Program-made: the position numbers and the translations under genes
Assembly (NCBI GenBank): GCA_951406725.2
Contig: OX597816.1
Location: forward strand, 109,058,001-109,122,000
Source: Octopus vulgaris
Lineage: Eukaryota
Reading direction: 5' to 3'
Length of the DNA: 64,000 bases
In this document: positions 61,885-64,000 of the stretch, in pieces
Layout of the letters: each line of letters opens with the position of its first letter
How positions within the stretch are numbered: the stretch's first letter is position 1
The notes under the pieces: model-generated
Database searches by the model: none
The model's input: the letters and a program-made list of their open reading frames with translations, nothing else
What the model was told of the DNA's origin: nothing

Positions 61885-63960
61885 GTGCCAAGTGTATGTA
61901 AAAAGTGCAACAAGAGTTGTCTTCTCTTACATACATCATCTTATGTGTATTACACATAAATATGCAGTAGGTGATGGGTGTTAACAGAAGGTGTTTTCTG
62001 CTTCCATCTTGAAAAACTGATTAGTGTGTTTTTGATTTACTTTTGTGAATTACGATACAGTTATAACATGGTGTCAGAAATGTCGCCTGAATCGGATTAT
62101 TGACTTTATCGACGTGTATTACATGTGCTGGCGTTGCTTCGCTGTTTTTCTTTATTGGCTCGTAACAAAGCTGATAGATGAATCGATAACCGACTTTAAT
62201 TGAAATAATTGACCGAGTAACTTTTACTGTCAGACGAAAATTACTAAATGGCTGAATATTGGTTCTTACCTCCTAAGCCTATATCTCTTGTTAACCTACA
62301 TGACGAATGTCGTCTGTTCAAGGAAAATTTTTACAAGATCTATGGTGGTTGTTTAAAAAGGATGAGTCAGCTAGTAAAATCAAAATTGCACTGCTACTAC
62401 AGTATTGACACAGTATTTCAATTTCAGATATGGAAAGTAAAAATCTATATGTGGATATCATAGAAAACTTTGGCAATTTGTGCACACTACTAAACCAAAT
62501 GGTTGAAATATTGATGACAGTCTGACGGATCTAAAACACCAGGCTCTGAGAAAACAGTGCATATGAGTTTAATGGCTTGACTGAGAGTTTGGTTTTGTGT
62601 ACATTGGTCATCGGTCTAGATAATATGTCATTAGAATTCAAAAAAAGTAAAGGAGCTGATAATTTTAACCAGGCTAAATCTGTAACCATTTTGTGAAGAG
62701 CTGAAGAAGCCTACAGAAACCTAAATAGTAATAATATTACACATCTTATTAGATATGCCAATGAAATAAAGCTGATAAAAATGCAAAAAGCAGTTGAAGT
62801 TACAATTCTGGTGTTCAGTTTTGTCCTGTTTGTAGCAAAGAGTGTTATAAGTGCGTTAAGTTTGGCCATTTTACGAAAGGAAGCAAATCTAAAACGGCTG
62901 CTAAGCCAAAACGAAAAATATACAACCAGACAAACTAATGATCATACAAAAATAGATATCTTGTTTGTGGGGATATTGAATAGTGGAAAGACTACGTCGC
63001 CATGTACATTGTCAACATGACGTATTGTTATACACACAAGCAAAAAAACAAAAACAAAAAAACAAAGAACCCCCCCCCCCCAAAAAAAAAACCCCGCAAT
63101 GCTTTAATATTGACTGATGCTGAGTATTTATAAGAATTTTTGTTACTAATGTAGAATACATACAGTACATCTGAAGTTATATAATGACACGTGTAATAAT
63201 TGCACAGTTTCCATACACTTTTAAATGATTTTCTTATCGTAGAAACTAATTATCTGAAGTGACGATTGTGTAAATCTTGGGTTACTTAAAAAAATATAAA
63301 AACTGAAGAACTTACAACATAAATAGTGTCAAATTTCGCAAATTTATTAGAAAAGTCTGCAGGTGTTTTTGAATGATTTTCTGTTATTGACGATAAACAT
63401 GTAAGAATAAATCAAGTGTATAGAACAAGAACTGAAATCTAAGTCTGGTAAAATTTCTTCTAGTCATGCTTCACTATAGCCTCATAATTCCAGTGGAATC
63501 ACACGTCTATAAGACAGGGTAACATCCCTGGCAAAGTTTATACATTACTTTTCAGAGATTAAGCTTTTAAGAAAGCTAAGTAAGAGATCTCTCACTTAGC
63601 AATGGACTTCATTTGAAAAAAAGAAAACAGCTCTACAGTTTGCTGTGAGTGCCTTACCATTATTAAGTTACATTAACTTAAGAAATCTTGTATTAATATC
63701 AGTAGATGCAATCAAACCCACCACTGGTATCGTTCTGCAACAAGTATACTGTCCAATTCCATATTCATTTAGGGCATTGATTTCAAATGAAGAAAAATGG
63801 AGTCAAAACGAGAACAAAGCTAAGAGTGGTAAGTTTTGATACTGTACATTTCACAAGCACATTTATGGGAGATCATTTCTTGTTAAGACATACCAAAAAC
63901 CTTTGATAAACGTGCTGGGAAAAACATCTTTACAAGGCTTGGCAATGTTACAGGACACGA
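61885..63960 (+). mobile_element. Decayed Ty3/Gypsy LTR retrotransposon (LTR end, PBS, gag and RT-RNase H remnants)
   Basis: ...ATAACA|TGGTGTCAGAA, a tRNA-Leu-type PBS at 62069-62079. Gag-like start MAEYWFLPPKP..NL.DECRLFKENF. RNase H-like LPLLSY...ISVDA...GIVLQQ...PIPYSFRAL..NEEKWSQNE...FHKHIYGRSFLVKTYQKPL. The LTR 5' boundary is a guess. Confidence 0.8.
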
Positions 63961-64000
63961 TGTGTAAACTGAAATAAGGTGTGCTCTCTCTATATATAAA

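Noticed and set aside
62781-63020. ORF with a hydrophobic N-terminus and ILFVGILNSGKTT, resembling an ARL or SRP-receptor-beta P-loop
   Set aside because: It stops a few codons after the motif, with no G3/G4 motifs or downstream exons found. It lies between the gag and RNase H remnants of a decayed Gypsy element, so it is most likely coincidental.
63985-64000. tctctctatatataaa resembling a Helitron 5' end
   Set aside because: Cut by the window edge; too short to support.

Overview
AT-rich, microsatellite- and SINE-dense animal genomic DNA. The repeat families suggest a coleoid cephalopod, probably Octopus (inferred from recalled repeat sequences, not from a database search). The + strand carries the 3' part of an OS-9 (ERAD lectin) gene: nine coding exons from 726 to the TAG at 43885-43887 that join in frame across GT-AG introns. 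A TE-poor stretch follows, which may be a 3' UTR of about 9.5 kb ending near AATAAA 53371. The introns hold tRNA-derived SINEs of at least four families, 5'-truncated RTE LINE tails, Helitron, piggyBac, hAT and mariner non-autonomous elements, and decayed Penelope-like elements. Beyond about 53.6 kb is a nest of transposons: an RTE LINE with a 12-unit structured tandem array in its 3' UTR, a full-length DD34D mariner inside another Tc1/mariner element, an R4/Dong-like endonuclease fragment and a decayed Ty3/Gypsy element. The most notable observations are a Penelope-type hammerhead ribozyme in the last OS-9 intron, a tandemly amplified hairpin plus H-type pseudoknot module in the RTE 3' UTR, an OS-9 UAG stop followed by 131 open codons (a possible A-to-I readthrough candidate), and an 82-nt local templated insertion. 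I found no firmly supported novel protein-coding system. All coordinates were read by eye; repeat boundaries without TSDs or TIRs are approximate.
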